Shown here piece by piece: positions 45,600 to 58,283 of a DNA stretch of 64,000 nucleotides. The first letter of the stretch is position 1. Each line of letters opens with the position of its first letter. The notes under the pieces were generated by a model. The model searched no databases, was not told the origin of the DNA, and saw only the letters and a list, made by a program, of their open reading frames with translations. The DNA comes from Candidatus Uhrbacteria bacterium (lineage in GTDB: Bacteria; Patescibacteriota; Patescibacteriia; UBA9934; GWF2-40-263). Where the stretch lies: the NCBI GenBank assembly GCA_013204385.1, contig JABMNY010000003.1:14270-78269 (forward strand), given 5' to 3'. The translations under genes and the position numbers were made by a program.

Positions 45600-46604
45600 T
45601 TATTGCTTCGCAATATAAAGCGCCATGTCGACGAGGCGCTGAGTATACCCCCATTCGTTGTCATACCATGCAAGAATTTTCACAAGATCTCCATCCACAA
45701 CACGTGTCATCCCAAGATCCACAACCGCCCCAAATGGCGACCCAATAAAATCTGATGAAACGAGTGGTTCATTCGTCACATCAATAATCCCTTTCCATCG
45801 CTTTGAACGCGCAGCTGTTTTAAAAAGTGTATTCAGTTCTTCAACGCTCGTCTTGCGCTTCATCACGAATGTAAAGTCCGTAAGAGAAACATCAAGTGTT
45901 GGAACACGTACAGAGATTCCATCAAACTTATCTTTCAAGGATGGAATTACTTGTGTTGTTGCTTTTGCAGCTCCTGTGCTTGTAGGAATAATATTCACAA
46001 GCGCAGAACGACCAATTCTCAAGTCTGTCTTCTTACTCGGAAGTCCATCAACAATATTTTCACTCGCAGTCACAGAATGAATCGTGGTAAGCATTGCTTT
46101 TTGAATCCCAATCGCTTCTGTCAAAATCTGCGCAATAGGTGCTGCTGAATTTGTTGTGCATGAAGCATTGTTCACAACGTCCTGTGATTTTTTACATGTT
46201 GTATGATTCACCCCCATTAAAAATGTTGGAGCATCGTCCGACGGAGCAGAAATCACAACGCGCTTTGCCCCCGCTTCAATATGTTTGCGTGCATCCGCTT
46301 CTTTTCGAAAAAAGCCTGTAGACTCAATCACTACATCGATCTTGAGTTCTTTCCAGGGAAGTAGACTTGGATCTTTCTGTGCATAGATTGGAATCTTCAC
46401 TCCATCCACTTGAATAAAGTCCTTTCCGGCTTTGACCGTCTTCCCCCATGTACGAAACACCGAGTCATATTTTAAAAGATAAGAAAGTGTCTCTGGATCA
46501 GTAAGGTCGTTGATCGCAACGACTTGAACCCCTTTTCGCTCACTCATGGCACGGAGTGTTGATCGACCAATCCGACCAAACCCATTAATTGCAATTCGTA
46601 TCAT
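45600..46604 (-). CDS. gap: Glyceraldehyde-3-phosphate dehydrogenase
   Basis: INGFGRIGR, SCTTN motifs. Confidence 0.95.
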   Translation of the reverse strand: MIRIAINGFGRIGRSTLRAMSERKGVQVVAINDLTDPETLSYLLKYDSVFRTWGKTVKAGKDFIQVDGVKIPIYAQKDPSLLPWKELKIDVVIESTGFFRKEADARKHIEAGAKRVVISAPSDDAPTFLMGVNHTTCKKSQDVVNNASCTTNSAAPIAQILTEAIGIQKAMLTTIHSVTASENIVDGLPSKKTDLRIGRSALVNIIPTSTGAAKATTQVIPSLKDKFDGISVRVPTLDVSLTDFTFVMKRKTSVEELNTLFKTAARSKRWKGIIDVTNEPLVSSDFIGSPFGAVVDLGMTRVVDGDLVKILAWYDNEWGYTQRLVDMALYIAKQ

Positions 46605-46684
46605 AGAAAAATGAAATGATTATCGTCAGTATTTTATCACTCTTTGCTCGAAACAAAAAACAGGGTCGGAACCCTGTTTTTTGT

Positions 46685-47272
46685 TTAGATATTGAATCGG
46701 GCGAAACGACGAATTGAAATGTTTTCTCCGATACTCGCAATTTTGGATTTTACATACTCATCAATGGTCTGATCTTCATCTTTGATGAATGATTGTTCAA
46801 GAAGAACTATCTCAGAATACCATTTATTCAGCTTCCCTTCGACAATCTTTGCGATAACATCTGAAGGTTTTGCTTGATTCTCCATCTCCTTAGTAAAGAT
46901 CTCCATCTCTTTTTCAACGAGATCCATTGGAACATCTTCACGCTTGAGGTAGAGCGGTTCTGTAGCACTAATGTGCATCGCGACATCGTTACAGAAATCG
47001 ATGAATGCTTCATTGCGCGCAACAAAATCTGTTTCGCACAAGATTTCTACCATCGCTCCCAGTTTTCCATTCGAATGGATGTATGCATGCACACGACCTT
47101 CATTGGTTTCTCGTGAGGATTTCTTTGCTGCCTTCACCATCCCCTTCTCACGAAGAAGTTGGGAGGCTTTCTCTAAATCTCCTGTGGCTTCTTCCAAAGC
47201 TTTCTTGGCATCCATCATGCCAGCACCCGTCATAGATCGAAGCTCTGCGACGAGTTTTGCGTCAATACTCAT
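46685..47272 (-). CDS. tsf: Elongation factor Ts (short form)
   Basis: LRSMTGAGMMDAKKAL. Confidence 0.9.
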   Translation of the reverse strand: MSIDAKLVAELRSMTGAGMMDAKKALEEATGDLEKASQLLREKGMVKAAKKSSRETNEGRVHAYIHSNGKLGAMVEILCETDFVARNEAFIDFCNDVAMHISATEPLYLKREDVPMDLVEKEMEIFTKEMENQAKPSDVIAKIVEGKLNKWYSEIVLLEQSFIKDEDQTIDEYVKSKIASIGENISIRRFARFNI

Positions 47273-47293
47273 AGGCTAAAGAACAGTTAGATG

Positions 47294-48040
47294 TTAGGAA
47301 GTTGTTTCTACTTTTTTGATTGTTTTTGCACGTGTATCCGCTGCAACTTTTGCGGCAGATGCTTTTCCGTCCTTAATCGCGTCACATACAAGCTTCAAGA
47401 TGAGCTCAATAGATTTTACCGCATCATCATTCCCTGGAATGACTTTTGCAACACCGTCAGGATTAACGTTTGTGTCACACAACGCAATAACAGGAATCCC
47501 AGTCACGTTTGCTTCTTTCAGCGCTGTCTTTTCTGTTTTAATATCGATGATAAAAATAGCATCTGGAGTCCGGGTAATATTTTCAATTCCCCCAAACTTC
47601 TCTTCCATTTCAACAATCTCTCGAGAGATCATGAGACGCTCTTTCTTTGTGTATTTCTTGAGCTCTCCCTTATCGCGCTGATCTTTCAACATCTTCATGC
47701 GCTTCAATGTCTGTTTGATTTGCACGAAGTTTGTCAGGGTTCCCCCAAGCCATCGATTGATGACGAATGGCATTCCACATGCTTCTGCATATTTCTGCAC
47801 AGGAGCTTTTGCCTGAAGCTTTGTGCCAATAAACAAGATGACTCCCCCACGAGAAGCAATCCCTCTTAGTGTTTCAAGCGCATCCTCAAGATACACCTGA
47901 GTCTTTTCTAAATTGATAATGTGGACACCCTGTCGAGCCCCAAAAATGAACTGTCTCATCTTAGGATGCCAGCGGGATGTTGAGTGACCAAAGTGCATGC
48001 CGGATTTCAGCATGTCTGTGAGCGAAGGCATATTTGCCAT
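47294..48040 (-). CDS. rpsB: 30S ribosomal protein S2
   Basis: GVHFGHSTSRWHPKM. Confidence 0.95.
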   Translation of the reverse strand: MANMPSLTDMLKSGMHFGHSTSRWHPKMRQFIFGARQGVHIINLEKTQVYLEDALETLRGIASRGGVILFIGTKLQAKAPVQKYAEACGMPFVINRWLGGTLTNFVQIKQTLKRMKMLKDQRDKGELKKYTKKERLMISREIVEMEEKFGGIENITRTPDAIFIIDIKTEKTALKEANVTGIPVIALCDTNVNPDGVAKVIPGNDDAVKSIELILKLVCDAIKDGKASAAKVAADTRAKTIKKVETTS

Positions 48041-48299
48041 AGTTTTTCTCCTTTTTTACCCGCCATAACTCCAAAAGAGTGCTGGTAGGTTACGTCAATG
48101 GCGATTACCAGGCCCCAAAATCATTGGGGAGGATCTGGATCATCGTAATTCCATCTGTTGGGTTAATTACGGGCAGAAGTATAAACAATCACCTCTCGTA
48201 CGTCAATGTTTACCTCATCATTAATTGACAAATAATGGTCGAATTGCTATTCTCCAGCCGTCAAAACTAATCATGTACGTATACAAGCGTGCACCTACT

Positions 48300-48593
48300 A
48301 TGAAGAAAGATATCCACCCAAATTACACCGCTCAAGCAACGATCACCTGTGCGTGTGGACAAGAGTACACGATTGGATCAACACAAGCAGCCCTTCAAAC
48401 AGAGCTCTGTTCCGCTTGTCACCCATTCTACACAGGAAAGCAAAAGATCATGGATACGGCACGTCGCGTAGAAAAGTTCGAAGAACGAGCTTCTTTGCAA
48501 ACCGATGATAAGACTGGAAAAAAGGCAAAAGCAGAAAAGCGTAGTAAGCAGAAAATCACAAAGCGTGAAGAGAAAGAAAAGTCTGAAGCTTAA
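48300..48593 (+). CDS. rpmE: 50S ribosomal protein L31 with Lys/Glu-rich C-terminal tail
   Basis: [10 protein letters not shown]...CACGQ...[10 protein letters not shown]; TTGACA-N17-TATTCT promoter upstream. Confidence 0.9.
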   Translation: MKKDIHPNYTAQATITCACGQEYTIGSTQAALQTELCSACHPFYTGKQKIMDTARRVEKFEERASLQTDDKTGKKAKAEKRSKQKITKREEKEKSEA

Positions 48594-48678
48594 CCGCAAT
48601 GAGAAAAGCGTTCTTCGAGTCTGGAAGAACGCTTTTTTATTAGCTACACTATTAAGAGCATAAAAAGGCTCTAACACT

Positions 48679-49752
48679 ATGAACCTCATCCAACAACTCA
48701 TCACCCGAAGGGAACACATGAGAGAACTTGAAACTCAGATGGCAAGTTCTGAGGTGCTTTCGGACCCACAAAAAATTCGTGAAGTCCACGAAACGTATGC
48801 ACGCGAAAAAGAAGTTGTTGAAATTGGCGACCGCTACGAAAAAGCCATGTCTAACCTAGAGCAATCAAAGGAGACGATCGCAACTTCCAAAGACGCTGAT
48901 TTGCTTACACTCGCCGAACAGGAGATTGAAGAGATTAAAATGGCCCTTCCCCTCCTCGAACACGAACTCACTGTCGCACTCATTCCACCAGACCCCATGG
49001 ATAAAAAGAATGTGATCATCGAAATTCGTGCGGGAGCAGGTGGAGATGAGTCATCTTTGTTTGCCGCTGAGCTCATGCGTTCATACATGATGTACGCAGA
49101 GACACACGGATGGAAGGCAGAACTTGTATCCGCAAGCAGAAGTGATGTTGGAGGATTCAAAGAAGCGATCATGGAAATCAAGGGGGCAAATGCCTATAGC
49201 CGACTTAAATTTGAAAGTGGCGTTCATCGTGTTCAGCGTGTTCCTGAAACGGAGAAGCAAGGACGAGTCCACACATCCACCATCACGGTCGCAATTATGC
49301 CTGAAGCAGAAGAAGTCGATATCCGGATTGAACCACAAGACCTGAAGATTGAAGCAACAACCTCCACAGGTGCAGGAGGACAAAGCGTAAATACCACCTA
49401 TTCAGCTGTGCGTATTACCCATCTTCCAACAGGAGTCATGGTGTACTGCCAAGAAGAGCGCTCTCAAAAACAAAACAAGGAGCGAGCCCTCTCTATTATT
49501 CGATCACGCGTATACGCAATGGAACAAGAACGCTTACGTAAAGAACGTGATGATAAACGCCGAGGACAGATTGGGACAGGAGACCGTTCAGAAAAAATTC
49601 GTACCTACAATTTTCCTCAAGACAGAATCACAGATCATCGCGTTAATGAAAACTTTCACAATATTCCAGGAATCATGAATGGAAATCTGGACGAGATTAT
49701 TGACTCTCTCAAGCGTACAGAAATTGAAGAACGTCTAAGTGAGCTTGTCTAA
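48679..49752 (+). CDS. prfA: Peptide chain release factor 1
   Basis: GGQ motif (GAGGQSVNTT), PxT-region consistent with RF1. Confidence 0.95.
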   Translation: MNLIQQLITRREHMRELETQMASSEVLSDPQKIREVHETYAREKEVVEIGDRYEKAMSNLEQSKETIATSKDADLLTLAEQEIEEIKMALPLLEHELTVALIPPDPMDKKNVIIEIRAGAGGDESSLFAAELMRSYMMYAETHGWKAELVSASRSDVGGFKEAIMEIKGANAYSRLKFESGVHRVQRVPETEKQGRVHTSTITVAIMPEAEEVDIRIEPQDLKIEATTSTGAGGQSVNTTYSAVRITHLPTGVMVYCQEERSQKQNKERALSIIRSRVYAMEQERLRKERDDKRRGQIGTGDRSEKIRTYNFPQDRITDHRVNENFHNIPGIMNGNLDEIIDSLKRTEIEERLSELV

Positions 49753-49757
49753 TCCGT

Positions 49758-50411
49758 ATGCAAGCCGTCATTCTCGCAGCAGGCAAAGGAGCTCGCCTTC
49801 GTCCGCTCACAGACACTGTTCCAAAACCATTGATTCTAATCGGACAAAAACCATTACTCCTGCATGTTCTTGAGGTACTTCCAGACGCGATCGATGAAAT
49901 TTTTATCGTCGTCAATCATTTACAACAACAGATCATAGAAACCATCGGGCCTGTATGGAAGAACATTCCTGTAACGTATATTTTTCAAGAATCCTTAGAC
50001 GGAACTGCAGGAGCGCTGACCCATGTAAAAGAGCATCTTTCAAACTCATTTCTCGTCTTGAATGCCGATAATCTTTACGCTAAGGCAGATCTTGAACAAC
50101 TCATCGACCACAAATGGTCGATCCTTGTTTCACCACTGAATCACACATTGAAGGCTGCAGCACAAGACCAAGAACAGAGATTCACAGGACTCGGGCCCGG
50201 CAATCTTGCTGTGTGTGGAGCATATGTTCTTGGAATGGATTTTTTTAATGCGCCTCTTGTGGAAATTCAAGTCCAAACGCATCATGAATTCGGATTACCA
50301 CAAACACTTGCAACGACAACAGATCAACATACAATACACACCATTCACGCAACATTCTGGCACCAAGTTGGTACCCATGAAGAGTTAGATCGCGCACGAT
50401 TACTCGTATGA
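49758..50411 (+). CDS. Sugar-phosphate nucleotidyltransferase
   Basis: MQAVILAAGKGARLRPLT. Confidence 0.7.
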   Translation: MQAVILAAGKGARLRPLTDTVPKPLILIGQKPLLLHVLEVLPDAIDEIFIVVNHLQQQIIETIGPVWKNIPVTYIFQESLDGTAGALTHVKEHLSNSFLVLNADNLYAKADLEQLIDHKWSILVSPLNHTLKAAAQDQEQRFTGLGPGNLAVCGAYVLGMDFFNAPLVEIQVQTHHEFGLPQTLATTTDQHTIHTIHATFWHQVGTHEELDRARLLV

Positions 50412-51319
50412 CCATCATGGAGGCTCTTCAATGGGCAAACAATAAACTCCGCAAAGCCGATGTCGACTCTCCTATGCTCGACGCGGAGATTTTACTTGCC
50501 CATACACTGGACACTTCGAAAGCATGGCTCTTCTCTCATTTTGCAGACACATTAAAAACCCATCAGCAAGAGCAATTTTCTGAACTGGTTGATCTACGAG
50601 AAAAACGAGAACCGATCGCGTATCTCGTAAAGAAAAAGGCATTTTACGGACGGGATTTTCATGTCAATAAAAACGTTCTCATTCCAAGACCAGAAACCGA
50701 AACACTGATTGAGCTTGCAATCACCCTCCTTGATGAGACGGACCCAGAACGCACACTGCTCGTAGACATCGGAACAGGTTCCGGAGCAATCGCTGTGACG
50801 CTCGCTGTGGAAACATCCCTTCCCGTCATCGCAATCGATATAGACGAAGCTGCGCTTCAAACCGCAAAGAAGAACGCAGAACTCCTTGCCCCAGATACGG
50901 CAGTGGATTTTCAACAAGGAAATCTCGCCGAACCACTTATCCGTATATTCAAAACCATTCGAGGGCAAACAAACGTACAAACCTCTTCCATTTATCCATT
51001 TAAAACGCTCCTCATCACTGCCAACCTTCCGTATATTCCAGAGTCTCGTATGGAACGCCTTCAACCAGAAGTCCGTGACTTTGAACCACGTCTGGCGCTC
51101 GCCGCCGGAGCAGATGGACTAGACGCGTACTGGGAACTCTTTCGTCAACTGCGTGCGGATAGAAAAATTCTTCCGCGTGAATGCACAGTCTTAATCGAAA
51201 TGGATCCAGAACAACGACACTCCTGCGAAAAACTCATCCTCCACAATTTCGCGCAAGCAACCCTCACCACCCACAAAGACCTCCGAGGCGACGACCGCGT
51301 CATCGAAGTACATATCTAA
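50408..51319 (+). CDS. prmC: Release factor glutamine N5-methyltransferase
   Basis: NLPYIP (NPPY) motif, DIGTGSGAIA motif I; 4-nt overlap with upstream gene. Confidence 0.85.
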   Translation: MTIMEALQWANNKLRKADVDSPMLDAEILLAHTLDTSKAWLFSHFADTLKTHQQEQFSELVDLREKREPIAYLVKKKAFYGRDFHVNKNVLIPRPETETLIELAITLLDETDPERTLLVDIGTGSGAIAVTLAVETSLPVIAIDIDEAALQTAKKNAELLAPDTAVDFQQGNLAEPLIRIFKTIRGQTNVQTSSIYPFKTLLITANLPYIPESRMERLQPEVRDFEPRLALAAGADGLDAYWELFRQLRADRKILPRECTVLIEMDPEQRHSCEKLILHNFAQATLTTHKDLRGDDRVIEVHI

Positions 51320-51345
51320 AAACTGACCACACGGTCAGTTTTTTG

Positions 51346-52416
51346 TTACTTGATAATCACATCCTCTTCATCTCCCACAATCTCGATCCAAGTCTTACCT
51401 GCGTTCATGATAATCTCTTCCCCAGTCTCTCGATCGTAGAACTTTAGACGTTCTGACTTGGAAGGTTTTCTCCATGTTGCTTCTATGACGTTCCCGTCTT
51501 GAAACACATACCCTTCTCCTTCCCCCGTTGTACGAATTGCCCGACGTCCTACAGCGTCGATTACACTCACATCCGTAAGCACAAGAGCAACGTTATCCGC
51601 TGTGAGTTGCGCTCCTGATTCTACAAGGTGTGGATCTAGATACTGTGAACGTTCATATTGGTTTGTTTCTGTGTTGTATACCCAATCAACGACATATACA
51701 GGCGGAAGAAAATCAATATGCAGTCCTAACCCCTCTGACCCAGATGGACTTGGATTCTTAAATTCCCAAAGATCATATAACCGCGTTGGAACAACTCCAG
51801 CTTCCGCTCGAACCGTATAAAATTCATTTAAATAGTCTGAAGAGGTATACACATTATGTGGAGCGTATCGATTGGTTGATCGCCAAAAATATTGCCCCCA
51901 CCAGTACTGGTTCATATCAAACGTGTCACCAGAAGCAATAAGATCAAGCGCCTCGTTTGATCCTCCCACATGCACGTACTGCGCATCAAATTCATTTGCC
52001 CAATCAAGAAAATACGGTCGTGCAGATCGGACAGGTCCAATTTTTTCTATTTCCACTTCCTGTGTAAAAAATGCTTCCATGCGAGACATTCCAGCCTCAA
52101 CAGGAGCCTCGATCACAAGAAAGGCCTGATCAATCCCAGCGGGTGGCCAAGCATCTGAATGATTATCAATCATCACGGCAAATACCTGAGGAAGATCCAT
52201 GGCTTCATTCAACGCCATTCCCGTAAGCGGATGACGATATAAAACTTCTTCGTATAACTCCTGTGAGAGCGTTTGTTGTTCTTGAGATCTATAAATAAAT
52301 CTTGGAAACACGGCGGCGACCAATACAACAAGACCCAAGATAACAAGAAGACCGACCAGCAACGGCTGATCGGTCTTTTTCATTCTAATCTGTTCTTTTT
52401 TTTGACTCTCTAACAT
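51346..52416 (-). CDS. DUF3048-like secreted/anchored hypothetical protein
   Basis: 356 aa; N-terminal TM; weak family recollection. Confidence 0.45.
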   Translation of the reverse strand: MLESQKKEQIRMKKTDQPLLVGLLVILGLVVLVAAVFPRFIYRSQEQQTLSQELYEEVLYRHPLTGMALNEAMDLPQVFAVMIDNHSDAWPPAGIDQAFLVIEAPVEAGMSRMEAFFTQEVEIEKIGPVRSARPYFLDWANEFDAQYVHVGGSNEALDLIASGDTFDMNQYWWGQYFWRSTNRYAPHNVYTSSDYLNEFYTVRAEAGVVPTRLYDLWEFKNPSPSGSEGLGLHIDFLPPVYVVDWVYNTETNQYERSQYLDPHLVESGAQLTADNVALVLTDVSVIDAVGRRAIRTTGEGEGYVFQDGNVIEATWRKPSKSERLKFYDRETGEEIIMNAGKTWIEIVGDEEDVIIK

Positions 52417-52428
52417 GCAGGATTGATG

Positions 52429-53106
52429 TTATTTTTTGGCTTCCTCTGTTGGTTCTTCTCCATCCTCTGATTCCTTCTTCTCTCCAACAGTCTCAACAGC
52501 AGTGACGTCTGCGTCTACCGCTGAATCAAGAGCTTCCATTTCCTCATCTGTTCGTGGAGCAGATACAGAGGCAATTGTCAGATCTCCTTCATCGAGCACC
52601 ATCACACCTTCTGGGATATCTAAGTCTGAAACACGAATCACATCATCGAGTGTTACCAGCTTACTAATATCTACAGATAATGAGCGTAACAACTTTGAAG
52701 GCAGACAACGCACAGAGATTGATGAATGTGTGAGAACAAGTGTTCCTCCCAATCCTTTGACGGCTGGTGACACTCCTTCGATCACAAGGTCCACTTCTGT
52801 TTCAATCTCCTTGTTCATATCAATAGAACGGAAATCCACATGTGTCACTTCATCTCGAAGAGGATCAACTTGATAATCTTGGATCAGAACATGCAACGCT
52901 GTTTCTCCGTCTACCTTCAACTCAACAATGGAGCTTTCTCCAGCTGCCTTATAGGTCTTTACGAACTGGATACGATCCAATGTAATCATTTGAGGCTCTG
53001 TTCCGATCCCATAGACAACAGCTGGGACAGCACCTTCCGCTCGTAAAACGTTTGTTTTACGCCCTTTTTCTGTTCGTGTTTTTGCTTCGAGGATATTCTC
53101 GCTCAT
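52429..53106 (-). CDS. rplY: 50S ribosomal protein L25 / general stress protein Ctc, acidic C-terminal tail
   Basis: EAKTRTEKGRKTNVLRAEGAVPAVVYG. Confidence 0.85.
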   Translation of the reverse strand: MSENILEAKTRTEKGRKTNVLRAEGAVPAVVYGIGTEPQMITLDRIQFVKTYKAAGESSIVELKVDGETALHVLIQDYQVDPLRDEVTHVDFRSIDMNKEIETEVDLVIEGVSPAVKGLGGTLVLTHSSISVRCLPSKLLRSLSVDISKLVTLDDVIRVSDLDIPEGVMVLDEGDLTIASVSAPRTDEEMEALDSAVDADVTAVETVGEKKESEDGEEPTEEAKK

Positions 53107-53171
53107 AAAAAATCAGGATAATTCGGGGATATTGTGCTCGACTCCTCTCAAAAAGTCAAGCGACTCGCATC

Positions 53172-53591
53172 TTAGCGGGTCGCTTGATTTTTTTGTTCCT
53201 TTTTTTCGCGCTGTTGTCGCTTTTTTTGTACGTGTTGGATTTGTTCTTGCGAGGCTCTTCCAAGCTGATCCTCCCAGTGATTGGTTTCAAACGCAGAATG
53301 AACGTCCATAACATCATCAATTGTCACAGATCGAGCAGTTTTCAGTCGAAGAACATCCTCATAGGAAAGATCTGTGAGTAAGCCCACAGAGCTGGCTCCC
53401 ACTCGATTTACCAGAACAAGCGCAAGGATAGAATGTTCACACTTACGGCATTGCACATGGAGGAGATGTGTCTCACCTTCTTGCTCGAGAATCCGAGCCT
53501 CCATTGGATTGTACCGCGTGTCACAAACGGGACAAAAAGAAACGAGCTTGAGTCCCTCGTTCCACAGCTCCGAACCGAGCGTTGAAGACAT
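53172..53591 (-). CDS. Zinc-ribbon-containing hypothetical protein
   Basis: CPVCDTRY...CRKCEH. Confidence 0.45.
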   Translation of the reverse strand: MSSTLGSELWNEGLKLVSFCPVCDTRYNPMEARILEQEGETHLLHVQCRKCEHSILALVLVNRVGASSVGLLTDLSYEDVLRLKTARSVTIDDVMDVHSAFETNHWEDQLGRASQEQIQHVQKKRQQREKKEQKNQATR

Positions 53592-53646
53592 ATGGTTGAT
53601 ATTATTTTCCCTTTACTGACACGATAACACACCTCTACCCCTGTGA

Positions 53647-54765
53647 CTACTTTCGTTGTCTCATCGCGATACTTTGCGAGAATGCAAATAACGCAAGCAT
53701 CACAACGAGAGACGATCCTCCATAACTCACAAAAGGAAGTCCAATCCCCGTCACTGGAAACAATCCTAAGTTCATTCCCACATTTACGAGAAATTGAAGG
53801 AAAAACACGGCAACAATTCCAAACGCAAGATACGCTGTAAAATCGTCGCTTGCCTGTGAACCTTGTTTAATCAGACGATAAAACACGAGACCAAATGCAA
53901 TACACAAAAAAATCGCTCCAAAAAAACCAAGTTCCTCTGCAATAACCGCAAAAATGAAATCCGTCTGACTTTCTGGAAGAAACTTTAATTGACTCTGTGT
54001 TCCAAATCCCAAACCACTTCCAAACCATCCTCCAGATCCTACCGCAATGATCGCTTGCGTCACGTTATACCCCTGCCCCAATGGATCAAGACTCGGATCC
54101 AAAAACGTCAAAATACGCGCACGTTGATAATCGGCAAAAAAGAAATTCCAACTGAGAACAAAAAACACCACTCCAGCAAAGATAAGCGAAATAATATAAC
54201 GCCAAGGAATTCCTGCGTACAGCATGGCAAACCCCCAGATCCCCATCAAAATCGAAGCCGATCCAAAGTCTGGTTGAAGCATGACGAGAAAAACGGGAAT
54301 ACCAGTAATACATCCACTTTCAATAAATGCACGCAAATCAAAGCGTCGTTTCCCACGCCTGGCAAAATAGGTCGCAAGCGCAATGAGAAGACCAATCTTC
54401 ATGAACTCCACTGGCTGAAAACTGACTGGTCCGATCACATACCATCCCGTTGCTCCTCGGATCGTCTCACCGAGCACGAGTACTCCAATAAGCAGTAGAC
54501 AACAGAGTGCGTACAAAATCAGTGCGTAATTTTGTAGCAGACGATAATTCGACGGAGCGAGAAACAAAAAGACACCGATTCCAATTATCAATGCGACAAG
54601 CTGTTTTTTAACATGTAAAAATTGGGCTGCATCTTGCGAAAGCTCAACAGAGTAAATTGCCGCAAGACCCAAGAGAATCAGTCCAAAAACAGCCAATAAA
54701 AGAATCCAATCCATTCCCCGCATCAGGCGAAAGAATCGAAAAACATAATTTTGAATACGAGCCAT
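53647..54765 (-). CDS. SEDS-family peptidoglycan glycosyltransferase (RodA/FtsW)
   Basis: 372 aa, 10 TM, conserved SEDS loops. Confidence 0.85.
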   Translation of the reverse strand: MARIQNYVFRFFRLMRGMDWILLLAVFGLILLGLAAIYSVELSQDAAQFLHVKKQLVALIIGIGVFLFLAPSNYRLLQNYALILYALCCLLLIGVLVLGETIRGATGWYVIGPVSFQPVEFMKIGLLIALATYFARRGKRRFDLRAFIESGCITGIPVFLVMLQPDFGSASILMGIWGFAMLYAGIPWRYIISLIFAGVVFFVLSWNFFFADYQRARILTFLDPSLDPLGQGYNVTQAIIAVGSGGWFGSGLGFGTQSQLKFLPESQTDFIFAVIAEELGFFGAIFLCIAFGLVFYRLIKQGSQASDDFTAYLAFGIVAVFFLQFLVNVGMNLGLFPVTGIGLPFVSYGGSSLVVMLALFAFSQSIAMRQRK

Positions 54766-54783
54766 GTCGATGAAGGTCTAATG

Positions 54784-55770
54784 TTAGCGAAATGCGCGAG
54801 TGCGCGTATCACGTGTCGTCTCCCCCACCAAAGGTTTATACACCCCCACATCAAAAATGTTGAGTTCTGGAATCACAACAACTTGTGTCGCCGAAGGAAG
54901 TGTTCCAAACCAATTAACTGTCACCTCCACTTCTTCCCCTGTCACAATCTGGGAAAGCGTTGTGCGATTCACCCCAACAACAGATGAACCACGCATTAAC
55001 AAAACATATAATCCAACATCGTAATAACTGAATGCCGTATCATTTGCCACGGTAAATGTTGTGCGACCGTACACCTCACCATCAAATCGGGTTTCTTTTT
55101 CAAACAAGGCGTCCTCAATCACAAGATTCAAACGATCTAAAGACCATGTTTCATAATTTGAAATCAAATGATGATCAACTCGATGCCACTGAATATTTTC
55201 AAGAACAAGCTTTGCTGAAGAAATAGGCACGCTGGATTCGATCGCAAGTTCTGAAAGTGGCTTTTCTTGACCTGGAAGAATGAATCCCTTTTGTGTTTGC
55301 GACTCTCCTTCTGAGAGCGTAAATGTATAGTCAAACTCTGCCCACCAATCTGCATTTGGATTCAAGAGTTCAGTATAAAGATCATATCGACTACTTCCAA
55401 TCGAAATGACACGCACATCATTTTGCTCAAGATCATCGGCGGCGTTCGCGACGGTGTACCCACGAAGATCTTCTTGCCCGAATGCAACCATCTGCATCAC
55501 AATTCTTTCCTCTGCCCCATACTTGATCGCAAACGCATTCAAAAGATGCCATCCAGCAAACAAAAGGAGTACTGCATCAAACGCAATGAACAATGCATAT
55601 CCAATCCGCCTTAACGAATCTCGATGTTCGACCCACCACAAGGATAAACGATACATCCGCTTAAATTCTTTTTCTTCCTCAAGAAGAAGCCCTCCTTCAT
55701 TCATATACAAAAAGTATACCATGATCAACTCATTGCGTGAGAGCTTGGCTTCTTCCAAATTCCTTCCCAT
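54784..55770 (-). CDS. Hypothetical membrane-anchored protein
   Basis: 328 aa. Confidence 0.45.
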   Translation of the reverse strand: MGRNLEEAKLSRNELIMVYFLYMNEGGLLLEEEKEFKRMYRLSLWWVEHRDSLRRIGYALFIAFDAVLLLFAGWHLLNAFAIKYGAEERIVMQMVAFGQEDLRGYTVANAADDLEQNDVRVISIGSSRYDLYTELLNPNADWWAEFDYTFTLSEGESQTQKGFILPGQEKPLSELAIESSVPISSAKLVLENIQWHRVDHHLISNYETWSLDRLNLVIEDALFEKETRFDGEVYGRTTFTVANDTAFSYYDVGLYVLLMRGSSVVGVNRTTLSQIVTGEEVEVTVNWFGTLPSATQVVVIPELNIFDVGVYKPLVGETTRDTRTRAFR

Positions 55771-55805
55771 TCCTGTAAGGTAGTACCGAAATTGATGACC
55801 TGTGA

Positions 55806-57911
<2,106 letters not shown>

Positions 57912-57979
57912 AAGAACAGGCCCATTTGGGTCTGTTTTACTTATCCCCTCTCTATATTTTGTTAAACAAGCATTGCCCA

Positions 57980-58038
57980 TTGCCAAACCCTCTAACATGG
58001 GGTATATTCTTCTCATCAGCCCCCACCAGGGGGTTTTA
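57980..58038 (+). promoter_or_regulatory. Promoter TTGCCA-N17-TATATT followed by GC hairpin + UUUU in the secE-nusG leader
   Basis: ttgccaaaccctctaacatggggtatatt ... cccccaccagggggtttt. Confidence 0.4.
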
Positions 58039-58054
58039 AGATACTTTATTCTCT

Positions 58055-58279
58055 ATGTCCACCACTACCAAAAAGAAAGAGAATCCTATTCAGTGGCTTT
58101 GGCGCTACTTGAATGAGTCTCGCGAAGAACTTCGTAAAGTCACCTGGCCAACTCAAAAAGAAACAACCAAATACTCGTTGATTGTGATTGTGTTGTGTCT
58201 CGCACTCGCCTTATTTTTTGGAGGTCTTGATTACCTCTTAAACTTAGGTCTCGAGTGGTTAATTAGTGTCACCAATTAA
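58055..58279 (+). CDS. secE: Preprotein translocase subunit SecE
   Basis: 74 aa single TM; WPTQKETTKYSLIVIV. Confidence 0.8.
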   Translation: MSTTTKKKENPIQWLWRYLNESREELRKVTWPTQKETTKYSLIVIVLCLALALFFGGLDYLLNLGLEWLISVTN

Positions 58280-58283
58280 TTCT

